Source: Scyliorhinus canicula (lineage: Eukaryota). Taken from it: a stretch of 64,000 nt of DNA. A program made the position numbers and the translations under genes. Shown here piece after piece: positions 1 through 11,698 of the stretch. A model generated the notes under the pieces. That model saw nothing but the letters and a program-made list of their open reading frames with translations. It ran no database searches and was not told the DNA's origin. The stretch spans positions 62,001 to 126,000 of the forward strand of contig NW_024056036.1 in assembly GCF_902713615.1 (NCBI RefSeq), read 5' to 3'. Each line of letters begins with the position of its first letter. Within the stretch, counting starts at the first letter, position 1.

Positions 1-3000
1 GGGTGATGGAGTGTGGGTGAGCGAGTGTGAGTGATGTGAGTGAGGGTTGGTGAGTGAGGGCGAGTGGGTGTGAGTGAATGAAATTGCGTGAGTGAGTGAG
101 AGTGGTTGAGAGTTGGTGAGTGAGGGTCAGTGAGTGTGAGTCGCGAGGGTGAGTGAGAGTGAGTGAGAGTTGGTGAGTGAGAGTGGGTGAGTGTGAGTGA
201 GTGAGGGTGGGTTAGGGTTGGTGAGTGAGGGTGAGTGAGTGTGGGGCGGTTGAGTGTGGGCAAGTGAGTTTGAGTGAGGGTTGGTGAGTGTGGCTGAGTG
301 AGTGTGAGTGAGTGAGAGTGGGTGAGGGTTGGTGAGTGAGTGTGAGTGAGGGTTGGTGAGTGTGGGTGAGTGAGTGTTAGTGAATGAGGGTGGGTGAGGG
401 TTGGTGAGTGAGTGTGAGTGAGGATTGGTGAATGAGTGAGTGTGAGTGAGAGTTGGTGAGTGAGGGTGAGTGAATGTGAGTGAATGAGGGTGGGTGAGGG
501 TTGGTAAGTGAGTGTGAGTGAGGGTTGGTGAATGAGTGAGTGTGAGTGAGAGTTGGTGAGTGAGGGTGAGTGAATGTGAGTGAGGGTTGGTGAGTGTGGG
601 TGAGTGAGTGAGTGAATGAGGGTGGGTGAGGGTTGGTGAGTGAGTGTGAGTGAGGGTTGGTGAATGGGTGAGTGTGAGTGAGAGTTGGTGAGTGAGGGTG
701 AGTGAATGTGAGTGAGGATTGGTGAGTGTGGGTGAGTGAGTGTGAGTGAATGAGGGTGGATGAGGTTTGGTGTGTGAGTGTGAGTGAGGGTGGGTGAGTG
801 AGTGTGTGAGTGTGAGTGGGGAAGTTAAGTGTGGATGAGTGAGTGTGAGTGAATGAGGGTAGGTGAGGTTTGGTGTGTGAGCGTGAGTGAGGGTGGGTGA
901 GTGAGTGTGAGTGAGTGTGAGTGGGGTAGTTGAGTGTGGGTGAGTGAGTGAGGGTTAGTGAGTGAGGGTGAGTGGGGGTGAGTGAGTGTGTGTGAGGGTT
1001 AGTGGGTGGGGGTGAGTGAATGAAGTTGGGTGAGTGAGTATGAGCGAGTGTGAGTAGTGTAGGTGAGTGAGCATGAGTGAGTGTGAGTGAGAGTTGGTGA
1101 GTGAGGGTGAGTGAGTGTCAGTGGGGTGTTTGAGTATGTGAATGAGTGTAGGTGGGTGAGTGTGTGTGAGTGAGTGTGAGTGAGAGTTGGTGAGTGAGGG
1201 TGAGTATGGTGCTTGAGTGTGAGTGAGTGAGGGTGGGTGAGGGTTGGTGAGTGAGTGAGTGTGAGTGAGAGTTGGTGAGTGAGGGTGAGTGAGTGTCAGT
1301 GTGGTGTTTGAGAATGTGAATGAGTGTGGGTGGGTGAGTGTGAGTGAGAGTTGGTGAGTGAGGGTGAGTATGGTGCTTGAGTGTGAGTGAGTGAGGGTGG
1401 GTGAGGGTTGTTGAGTGAGGGAGAGTGGGTGTGAGTGAATGAAGTTGGGTGAGTGAGTGAGATTGGTTGGGAGTTGGTGAGTGAGGGTCAGAGAGTGTGA
1501 GTGAGTGTGAGTAGTGTGGGTGAATGAGAGTGAGTGAGAGTTGGTGAGTGAGTGTGAGTGAGTGTGAATGGGGTGGTTGAGTGTGGGTGAGTGAGGGTGA
1601 GTGAGTGGGGGTGAGTCAATTAAGTTGGGTGAGTGAGTATGAGTGAGTGTGAGTAGTGTAGGTGAGTGAGCATGAGTGAGTGTGAGTGAGAGTTGGTGAG
1701 TGAGGGTGAGTGAGTGTCAGTGGGGTGTTTGAGTGAGTGAGTGAGTGTGGGTGGGTGAGTGTGAGTGCGTGAGTGTGAGTGAGAGTTGGTGAGTGAGGGT
1801 GAGTATAGTGCTTGAGTGTGAGTGAGTGATGGTGGGTGAGGGTTGATGAGTGAGTGTGAGTGAGGGTGAGTGAGGGTGAGTGTGAGTAGTGTGGGTGAGT
1901 GTGAGAGTTGGTGAGTGAGTGTGAGTGCGTGTGAGTGAGGCTGGGTGAGTGAGGTTGAGTGGGGTGGTTGAGTGTGTGTGGGTGAGTGAGGGTGGGTGAA
2001 AGTTGCAGAGTGTGAGTGACTGTGGTGAGGGTTAGTGAGTGAGGGTGAGTGGGTGTGAGTGATTGAAGTTGGGTGAGTGAGTTTTGGTGGTGATGGTTGG
2101 TGAGTGAGTGTGAGTAGTGTGGGTGAGTGAGTGTGAGTGAGTGTGAGTGTGAGTGTGAGTTGGTGAATGAGGGTGAGTATGGTGCTTGAGTATGAGTGAG
2201 TGAGGGTGGGTGAGGGTTGGTGAGTGAGGGTGAGTGAGGGTGAGTGAGGGTGAGTGTGAGTAGTGTGGGTGATTGTGAGAGTTGGTGAGTGAGTGTGAGT
2301 GCGTGTGAGTGAGGCTGGGTGAGTGAGGTTGAGTGGGGTGGTTGAGTGTGTGTGGGTGAGTGAGGGTGGGTGAAAGTTGGTGAGTGAGGGTAGGTGAGGG
2401 TGGGTGAGGTTGGGTGAGGGTGGGAGAGTGATTGTGAGTGAGTGAGTGTGGGTGAGGGTTGGTGAGTGAGGGTGAGCGAGTGTGAGCGGGGTAGTTGAGT
2501 ATGGATGAGTGAGTGTGAGTGAATGAGGGTGGGTGAGGGTTGCTGACTGAAGGTGAGTGAGTGTGAGTGAGTGAGGGTGGGTGAGAGTTGCAGAGTGTGA
2601 GTGACTGTGGTGAGGGTTAGTGAGTGAGGGTGAGTGGGTGTGAGTGATTGAAGTTGGGTGAGTGGAGTTTTGGGTGGTGAGTGTTGGTGAGTGAATGTGA
2701 GTAGTGTGGGTGAGTGAGTGTGAGTGAGTGTGAGTGTGAGTGAGAGTTGGTGAAGGAGGGTGAGTATGGTGCTTGAGTATGAGTGAGTGAGGGTGGGTGA
2801 GGGTTGGCGAGTGAGGGTGAGTGAGGTTGAGTGGGGTGGTTGAGTGTGTGTGGGTGAGTGAGGGTGGGTGAAAGTTGGTGAGTGAGGGTAGGTGAGGGTG
2901 GGTGAGGTTGGGTGAGGGTGGGAGAGTGATTGTGAGTGAGTGAGTGTGGGTGAGGGTTGGTGAGTGAGGGTGAGCGAGTGTGAGCGGGGTAGTTGAGTAT

Positions 3001-5822
3001 GGATGAGTGAGTGTGAGTGAATGAGGGTGGGTGAGGGTTGCTGACTGAAGGTGAGTGAGTGTGAGTGAGTGAGGGTGGGTGAGAGTTGCAGAGTGTGAGT
3101 GACTGTGGGTGAGGGTTAGTGAGTGAGGGTGAGTGGGTGTGAGTGATTGAAGTTGGGTGAGTGAGTTTTGGTGCTGATGGTTGGTGAGTGAATGTGAGTA
3201 GTGTGGGTGAGTGAGTGTGAGTGAGTGTGAGTGTGAGTGAGAGTTGGTGAAGGAGGGTGAGTATGGTGCTTGAGTATGAGTGAGTGAGGGTGGGTGAGGG
3301 TTGGCGAGTGAGGGTGAGTGAGGGTGAGTGTGAGTAGTGTGGGTGATTGTGAGAGTTGGTGTGTGAGTGAGGGTGAATGAGGGTGGGTGAGTGAGGTTGA
3401 GTGGGGTGGTTGAGTGTGTGTGGGTGAGTGAGGGTGGGTGAGGGTGGGTGAGAGTTGGTGAGTGAGGGTAGGTGAGGGTGGGTGAGGTTGGGTGAGGGTT
3501 CGTGAGTGATTGTGAGTGAGTGAGGGTGGGTGAGTGAGGGTGAGCGAGTGTGAGCGGGGTAGTTGAGTGTGGATGAGTGAGTGTGAGTGAATGAGGGTGG
3601 GTGAGGGTTGCTGACTGAAGGTGAGTGAGTGTGAGTGAGTGAGGGTGGGTGAGAGTTGCAGAGTGTGAGTGAATGTGAGTGAGGGTTAGTGAGTGAGGGT
3701 GAGTGGGTGTGAGTGATTGAAGTTGGGTGAGTGCATGTGAGTAGTAAGGGTGGGTGATGGTTGGTGAGTGATTGTGAGTAGTGTTGGTGAGTGAGTGTGA
3801 GTGTGTGTGAGAGTTGGTGAGTGAGTGTGGTGGTTGAGTGTGAGCGAGGGTGGGTGAGGGTTGGTAAGTGAGGGTGAGTGTGAGTAGTGTGGGTGTGTGT
3901 GAGATTTGGTGAGCAAGTGTGAGTGAGTCTGGGTGAGTGAGGGTGAGTGAGGTTGAGTGGGGTGGTTGAGTATGTGTGGGTGACTGAGGGTGGGTGAGAG
4001 TTGGTGAGTGAGGGTGGGTGAGGGTGTGTGAGTGAGGGTGGGTGAGGGTGTGTGAGTGATGGTGGGTGAGTGAGTGTGAGTATGAGTGAGAGTTGGTGAG
4101 TGATGTGAGTGGTGTGGGTGAGTGTGAGTGAGTGAGGGTTGGTGAGTGAGGGTAGGTGAGGGTGGGTGAGGTTGGGTGAGGGTTCGTGAGTGATTGTGAG
4201 TGAGTGAGGGTGGGTGAGTGAGGGTGAGCGAGTGTGAGCGGGGTAGTTGAGTGTGGATGAGTGAGTGTGAGTGAATGAGGGTGGGTGAGGTTTGCTGACT
4301 GAAGGTGAGTGAGTGTGAGTGAGTGAGGGTGGGTGAGAGTTGCAGAGTGTGAGTGAATGTGAGTGAGGTTTAGTGAGTGAGGGTGAGTGAAGTTGGGTGA
4401 GTGCATGTGAGTAGTAAGGGTGGGTGATGGTTGGTGAGTGATTGTGAGTAGTGTTGGTGAGTGAGTGTGAGTGTGTGTGAGAGTTGGTGAGTGAGTGTGG
4501 TGGTTGAGTGTGAGCGAGGGTGGGTGAGGGTTGGTAAGTGAGGGTGAGTGTGAGTAGTGTGGGTGTGTGTGAGATTTGGTGAGCAAGTGTGAGTGAGGCT
4601 GGGTGAGTGAGGGTGAGTGAGGGTGAGTGGGGTGGTTGAGTGTGTGTGGGTGAGTGAGGGTGGGTGAGAGTTGGTGAGTGAGGGTGGGTGAGGGTGTGTG
4701 AGTGAGGGTGGGTGAGGGTATGTGAGTGATGGTGGGTGAGTGAGGGTGAGTGAGTGTGAGTATGAGTGAGAGTTGGTGAGTGAAGTGAGTGGTGTGGGTG
4801 AGTGTGAGTGAGTGAGGGTTGGTGAGTGAGGGTGCGTGAGTGTGAGTGGGGTGGTTGAGTGTGGTGGGTGAGTGAGTGGGGGTGAGAGTTGGTGAGTGAG
4901 GGTGGGTGAGGGTGTGTGAGTGAGGGTGGGTGAGGGTATGTGAGTGATGGTGGTGAGTGAGGGTGAGTGAGTGTGGTATGAGTGAGTTGGTGAGTGAAGT
5001 GAGTGGTGTGGGTGGGTGTGAGTGAGTGAGGGTTGGTGAGTGAGGGTGCGTGAGTGTGAGTGGGGTGGTTGAGTGTGGGTGAGTGAGTGAGGGCTGTTGA
5101 GTGAGTGAGGGTGGGTGAGGGTTGGTGAGTGAGGGTGAGTGAGTGTGAGTGGTGTAATTGAGGGTGTGTGAGTGAGGGTTGTTAAGCGAGTGACGGTGGG
5201 TGAGGGTTGGCGAGTGAGAGTGAGTGAGGGAGGGTGAGGGTTGGTGAGTGAGGCTGAGAGAGTATGAATGGGGTGGTTGAGCGTGGGTGAGTGAGTGAGA
5301 TGGTGAGGTTTGGTGAGTGAGGGTGAGTGAGTGAGAATGAGTGCGTGAGTGTGGGTGAGGGTTGGTGAGTGAGGGTGAGTGAGTGAGAGTGGGTGAGGTT
5401 TGGTGAGTGAGGGTGAGTGAGTGTCTGGGGTGGTTGGGTGTGGGTGAGTGTGAGTGGGGTGGTTGAGTGTGGGTGAGTGAGTGTTGTTGAGTGAGGGTGG
5501 GTGAGGGTTGGTGAGTGAGGGTGAGTGAGTGTGAGTGCGATGGTTGAGTGAGTGGGGTGGTTGGGTGTGGGTGAGTGAGGCATGTTGAGTGAGTGAGGGT
5601 GGGTGAGGGTTAGTGAGTGAGGGTGAGTGAGTGCGAGTGGGTTGATTGAGTGTGTGTGAGTGAGGGTTGTTGAGTGAGTGAGGGTGGGTGAGGGTTGGTG
5701 AGTGAGTGTGAGTGAGGGTTGGTGAGTGAGTGAGTGTGAGTGAGGGTTGGTGAGTGAGGGTGTGAATGTGAGTGAGGGTTGTTGAGTGAGTGTGAGTGAG
5801 TATGAGTGAGTGTGAGTGACTG
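1..5822. repeat. Low-complexity (GTGA/GAGT/GGGT)-rich satellite with higher-order internal duplications
   Basis: Almost only G/T/A 4-6-mers on +. Blocks recur about 670 bp apart (ORFs ending at 4586 and 3916 begin with identical peptide). The His/Thr/Ser/Leu/Pro ORFs are artefacts of few stop codons on the C-rich strand. Confidence 0.95.
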
Positions 5823-5969
5823 AGTGATCATTCCACCTACTCCGGGCCAAGCCGGGCGAGAAATCTCTGGATGATCAAGCCGGGTGCTCCTCCATTCGGC
5901 ACCACCACGCACGCCTCCTCCTCTTCCTCTCCATCCATCCTGTCCTGATTCTACACATTGATCAGCTTT

Positions 5970-6624
5970 CAGTAACCCCGGCTGTGTACAGTCAGACAGC
6001 AGTGTAGATCACTGGGCAGCTGCTTTAATACTGTCAGTAACCCCGGCTGTGTACAGTCAGACAGCAGTGTAGATCACTGAGCAGCTGCTTCAATACTGTC
6101 AGTAACCCCGGCTGTGTACAGTCAGACAGCAGTGTAGATCACTGAGCAGCTGCTTCAATACTGTCAGTAACCCCGGCTGTGTACAGTCAGACAGCAGTGT
6201 AGATCACTGAGCAGCTGCTTCAATACTGTCAGTAACCCCGGCTGTGTACAGTCAGACAGCAGTGTAGATCACTGAGCAGCTGCTTCAATACTGTCAGTAA
6301 CCCCGGCTGTGTACAGTCAGACAGCAGTGTAGATCACTGAGCAGCTGCTTCAATACTGTCAGTAACCCCGGCTGTGTACAGTCAGACAGCAGTGTAGATC
6401 ACTGAGCAGCTGCTTCAATACTGTCAGTAACCCGGCTGTGTACAGTCAGACAGCAGTGTAGATCACTGAGCAGCTGCTTCAATACTGTCAGTAACCCCGG
6501 CTGTGTACAGTCAGACAGCAGTGTAGATCACTGAGCAGCTGCTTCAATACTGTCAGTAACCCCGGCTGTGTAAAGTCAGACAGCAGTGTAGATCACTGGA
6601 CAGCTGTTTTAATACTTTCAGTGA
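5970..6624 (+). repeat. 65-bp minisatellite, 10 near-identical copies
   Basis: Unit CAGTAACCCCGGCTGTGTACAGTCAGACAGCAGTGTAGATCACTGAGCAGCTGCTTCAATACTGT starts at 5970, 6035, 6100 ... 6554. One copy (6425) lacks a C. No spacers. Confidence 0.97.
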
Positions 6625-6779
6625 CACTGGCTTCCTCTCGTGAGAGAGAGCTTGTGTGAGGGATAGATATAGTATGTGTGCGAGAAAGACTGTGTGTGTG
6701 AGAACATGCACGTGTGAGAGGGAGTGTGTGTCTGACAGAGTGAGAGAGAGAGCGTGCTTGTGTAAAAGAGAGAGAACAC

Positions 6780-7179
6780 TGTCATAATATACATCTATGT
6801 ATATAATGGAGTGCAGACAGGCAGTGATTGACACACAGGATGACCAGTAAGCAGACAGAACAGAGCAGCCAATCACCAGACAGGACACAACCACTATAAA
6901 GTCAGAGGGCACCAGTTTTCCCACTCTCTCGGGATCCAGCCTCTGAGACAGTCAGAGATCGTGAGCTAGCCAGTGCAAACACCATGTGGCAGCTAGTAAG
7001 TCTGGTTAGGCTGGTATCAGGTCTTCAGTCAAGTCAGCATAGTGTCAAATCGCAGTTGAACATGTATAATAGTTTAGATGTTAAATAAAATCGTGTTGCA
7101 TCTCATCAAGTGTTGTTAGTCTCTCTCGCTACATTGCATCAAGTGCAGTCCACATCGACCCAGCCTGCCCAACACATCA
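6780..7179 (+). mobile_element. Solo LTR (400 bp) of an LTR retrotransposon/ERV
   Basis: Begins TGTCATAAT and ends AACACATCA (TG...CA). Flanked by a 5-bp target-site duplication AACAC (6775-6779 and 7180-7184). Internal CCAAT, TATAAA and AATAAA occur in U3-R-U5 order. Confidence 0.85.
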
Positions 7180-7184
7180 AACAC

Positions 7185-10100
7185 CTCCTTCAGAGTGTTC
7201 GAGAGAGAGAATGTGGGTGAAACCGCGTTGTGTATGACAGTGTGTGTGTGTGAGAGAGAGAGAGAATGTGTGTAAGACTGAATGTGTGAATGTGGGAGAG
7301 TGTATTTAACTCAGCAAAAGGAAATGTGAAAATATGTGTGTCAGAGAGAATGTGTGTATTTGAAGAGGTATTCTGTATGCGAGTGTGAGAGAGAGAGCGT
7401 CTGTTTGTTTGATGGAGAGTGTGAATGGGAAAGATAGAAGGAGTGTATTTGTGAGAGGAAGTGCGTGCACGAGAGTGCACGCGTGAGAGAGGTTGTGTGT
7501 GAGAGAGAGGCGATGCATGTGAGAAGGTTTGTCAAAGAGAGGGTGCATTTGAGAGAGAATGTGTGTTTGAGAGATTGTGAATGTGTGTGAGAATGGGAGA
7601 GACGGAGGGTATGGGAGATGGTTTGTGTGAGAGAGTCCATGTCCGAGAGTGTGTCTGAGAGAGAGGAAGAGAGTGTATGAGTGTGTATGTTTGAGGGGAA
7701 AAAATATGTGTTTTTGAGAGAGATTGTGTGTGTGTGAATGTGTGCTTGTGTGCGCGAGAGAGAGTGCATGTCCGTGTGTGATACAGAGGATATGAGTGAA
7801 CGTATATGTGTGAGGCAGGGAGTGCACGTGAGAGAGCCAGTATGTGAGCGTGTGTGAGAGATAGGGAGAGAGAGAGAGAGAGAGAGACTGCATGTATGTG
7901 AGAGAGATAGGGTGTGTGAGAGATAGGATGAGGGAGAGAGAGAGGGAGAGACTTGGTGTATGTGAGAGAGATAGGGTGTGAGGGTGTGTGAGAGATTGGA
8001 CGAGGGAGAGAGAGGCTGGGTGTATGTGAGAGAGATAGAGTGTGAGCTTGTGTGAAAGATAGGACGAGGGAGAGAGAGAGACTGGGTGTATGTGAGAGAG
8101 ATAGGGTGTGAGGGTGTGTGAGAGATAGGGAGAGGGAGAGAGAGCCTGGGAGTATGTGAGAGAGCCAGTGTGTGAGCGTGAGTGAGAGATAGGGAGAGGG
8201 AAAGAGAGAGACTGGCTGTATGTGAGAGAGATAGGGTGTGAGGGTGTGTGAGAGGTACGGAGAGAGAGAGAGAGAGACTGGGTGTATGTGAGAGAGATAG
8301 GGTGTGAGGGTGTGTGAGAGATAGGGAGAGGGAGAGAGAGACTATGTATGTGAGATATATAGGGTGTGATCGTGTGTGAGAGATAGGGAGAGGGAGAGGG
8401 AGAGAGAGAGACTGGGTGTATGTGAGAGAGATAGGGTGTGAGGGTATGTGAGAGATAGGACGAGGGGGAGAGAGACTGCGTGTATGTGAGAGAAATAGGG
8501 TGTGAGGGTGTGTGAGAGATAGGGAGAGAGAGAGAGAGACTGGGTGTCTGTGAGAGAGATAGGGTCTGAGAGAGGCAGGGAGAGGGAGAGAGAGAGAGAA
8601 AGAGCGCCTGGGTGTACGTGAGAGAGATAGGGTGTGAGGGTGTGTGAGAGATAGGGAGAGGGAGAGAGAGAGAGAGAGAGAGAGACTGGGTGTATGTGAG
8701 AGAGATAGGGTGTGAGGGTGTGTGAGAGAAAGGGAGAGGGAGAGAGCGAGAGAGAGAGAGACTGGGTGTATGTGAGAGAGCCAGTGTGTGAGAGGTAATG
8801 AGAGAGAGTGAGAGAGAGAGAGAGACTGGGTGTATGTGAGACAGATAGGGTGTGAGGGTGTGTGAGAGATAGGGAGAGAGAGAGAGGGAGAGAGAGATTG
8901 GGTGTATGTGAGAGAGATAGGGTGTGAGGGTGTGTGAGAGATAGGGAGAGGGAGAGAGGGAGAGAGAGACTGGGTGTATGTGAGAGAGATAGGGTGTGAG
9001 GGTGTGTGAGAGATAGGGAGAGAGCGAGAGAGAGAGACTGGTTGTATGTGAGAGAGATAGGGTGTGAGGGTGTGTGAGAGATAGGGAGAGGGAGAGAGCG
9101 AGAGAGATACTGGGTGTATGTGAGAGAGATAGGGTGTGAGTGTCTGTGAGAGATAGGGAGAGGGAGAGAGAGAGAGAGACTGGGTGTATGTGAGAGATAG
9201 GGTGTGAGTGTGTGTGAGAGATAGAGAGAGGGAGAGAGAGACTCGGTGGGTGAGAGAGATAGGGTGTGAGGGTGTGTGAGAGGTAGGGAGAGGGCGAGAG
9301 AGAGAGAGACTGGGTGTATGTGAGAGAGATAGAGTGTGAGGGTGTGTGAGAGATAGGGAGAGGGAGAGAGCACGAGAGAGCCTGGGTGTATGTGAGAGAA
9401 ATAGAGTGTGAGGGTGTGTGAGAGATAGGGAGAGGGAGAGAGCGCGAGAGAGACTGGGTGTATGTGAGAGAGATAGGGTGTGAGGGTGTGTGAGAGATAG
9501 GGAGAGGGAGAGAGAGAGAGAGAGAGAGACTGGGTGTATGTGAGTGAGCCAGTATGTGGTCGTGAGTGAGCGATAGGACGAGTGAGAGAGAGAGAGACTG
9601 GGTGTATGTGAGAGAGATAGGGTGTGAGCGTCTGTGAGAGATAGGGAGAGGGAGAGAGAGAGAGACTGGGTGTATGTGAGAGAGATAGGGTGTGAGCGTC
9701 TGTGAGAGATAGGGAGAGGGAGAGAGAGAGACTGGGTGTATGTGAGAGAGATAGGGTGTGAGCGCCTGTGAGAGATAGGGAGAGGGAGAGAGAGAGACTG
9801 GGTGTATGTGAGAGAGATAGGGTGTGAGGGTGTGTGAGAGATAGGGAGAGGGAGAGAGGGAGAGAGAGACTGGGTGTATGTGAGAGAGATAGGGTGTGAG
9901 GGTGTGTGAGAGATAGGGAGAGGGAGAGAGGGAGAGAGAGACTGGGTGTATGTGAGAGAGATAGGGTGTGAGGGTGTGTGAGAGATAGGGTGAAGGAGAG
10001 AGAGAGACTGGGTGTATGTGAGAGAGCCAGTATGTGAGCGTGTGTGAGAGATAGGGAGAGGGAGTGAGAGAGAGACTGGGTGTATGTGAGAGAGAGAGAG

Positions 10101-11290
10101 TGTTAGCGTGTGTGAGAGATAGGACGAGGGAGTGAGAGAGAGAGAGAGACTGGGTGTATGTGAGAGAGATAGTGTGTGAGAGAATGTGTGAGAAAGTAAG
10201 TGAAAGATATATAAAAATGTACAAGTGTGTGAGAGCGGTGTGAGAGAATGTGTGCGAAACAGCGTGGGAGAGAATGTGTTTGTGAGATACTGTGGAATTG
10301 TGTGGTTATGTTTGAGAGAGAGAGAATTTGTGGGCAAGGATGAGTTTGTGCGTGTGTGAGCAATTGCACCTGTGTGTGAAAGAGAGAGACTGCGTGTCTG
10401 ATTGTGTGTCGGGTGAGGACGTGTGTTAGAGGGTGTATATGTTTGGGCGATGCATTATGTGTGCTAGAGAGAGCGCGTTTGAGAGTGTTCTTGTGTCTGG
10501 GTGTGAGAGTGTGTGAGAGTGTATGTGAGAGAGAGAAAGATTTTTATGAAACACAGCGTGCGTGTGTTTGTTCGGGAGAGAGAGCTTGCGTGTGTTTCAG
10601 AATGGATTTGTGTGTGGGTGTGTGGGGGAGAACGACTTTGTGAAAGGCAATGTGTTTTTGAGTGTGTCTGTGTGTGTAAAAGAGAGAGGGAGAGACTGCG
10701 TTTGGCAATGTGTTTGTGGCACAAAATATTTTGTGAAAGTCTATGTGTGAGAGAAGAGAAGAGAGAAAGTGTGTTTGAAAATGTGTTCGTGTGTGGTAGA
10801 GAAAGATTATGTGAAAGACAGTCGGTGTGTGAGTGGAGGGAAGAGATAAATTATGTTTAAGAACGTGTGTGTGGGAAAGATTATGTGAAAGACAGTCTGT
10901 GTGACAGGGAGGGAAAGAGAAAGTGTGTTTGAGAATGCGTTTGTGTGTGGGCGAGGAAGATTATGTGAAAAGACAATGTGTGTTTGAGTGTGTGAGCGAG
11001 AGAGAGCGAGCGAGCGAGCCTGTGTGACAAATTGTGTGTGGGTGCGTGGGAAAGAACGATTTTGTGAATCACTGTGTTTGAGTGTGTCAGAGAGAGAGAG
11101 AAAGAGAGAGACAGACTGAGACACGGACAGAGAGATAGAGAGAGACAGAGGCAGTCTGTGTTCGAGAATGTGTTTGTGGGTGGAAGAGAAAGATTTTATG
11201 AAAGAGAATGTCTGTAAGAGGGAGGCGGTGGGGTGGGAAGAAAGAACCTATGTGTGTTCGACAATGTGTTTGTGGGTGTAAGAGAGCAAT
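7185..11290. repeat. (GA)n/(GT)n-derived satellite; core 7830-10170 is a ~55-65 bp minisatellite (GAGAGACTGGGTGTATGTGAGAGAGATAGGGTGTGAGGGTGTGTGAGAGATAGGGAGAG-type)
   Basis: Repeating unit with variable GA tracts is directly visible. The 972/998-aa ORFs are low-complexity artefacts. Confidence 0.93.
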
Positions 11291-11390
11291 TTCTGATGCA
11301 CCAAGTCAAACATCAAGACAAAAATTAACATTTCTCACAGATGCAAGTATTTTAAATAAATCAAATTCACTGGGAAATACAGGAGAAGGA

Positions 11391-11698
11391 ATAGAATAGT
11401 ACAGCACAGAACAGGCCCTTCGGCCCTCGATGTTGTGCCGAGCAATGATCACCCTACTTAAACCCACATCCCAACAATCCCCCCATTAACCTTACACTAC
11501 GGGCAATTTAGCATGGCCAATCCACCTAACCCGCACATCTTTGGACTGTGGGAGGAAACCGGAGCACCCGGAGGAAACCCACGCACACACAGGGAGGACG
11601 TGCAGACTCCACACAGACAGTGACCCAGCCGGGAATCGAACCTGGGACCCTGGAGCTGTGAAGCATTGATGCTAACCACCATGCTACCGTGAGGCCCC
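11391..11698 (-). mobile_element. HE1-type tRNA-derived SINE with CR1-like 3' tail
   Basis: Reverse strand reads GGGCCTCACGGTAGCATGGTGGTTAGC...GGTTCGATTCCCGGC...CCTCCCACAGTCCAAAGATGTGCGGGTTAGGTGGATTGGCC. Near-identical copy at 57037-57370. Confidence 0.85.

Noticed and set aside
5970-6624. Regularly spaced repeat as CRISPR, or as an array of cryptic RSSs
   Set aside because: Eukaryotic context, no spacers; CACTGAG/CACAGCC are not followed by a nonamer at 12 or 23 bp.
1620-10337. Very long ORFs (988, 972, 998, 343 aa etc.) on the - strand
   Set aside because: Translations of (CA/CT/TCAC)n satellites; stop-poor by composition, no domain.
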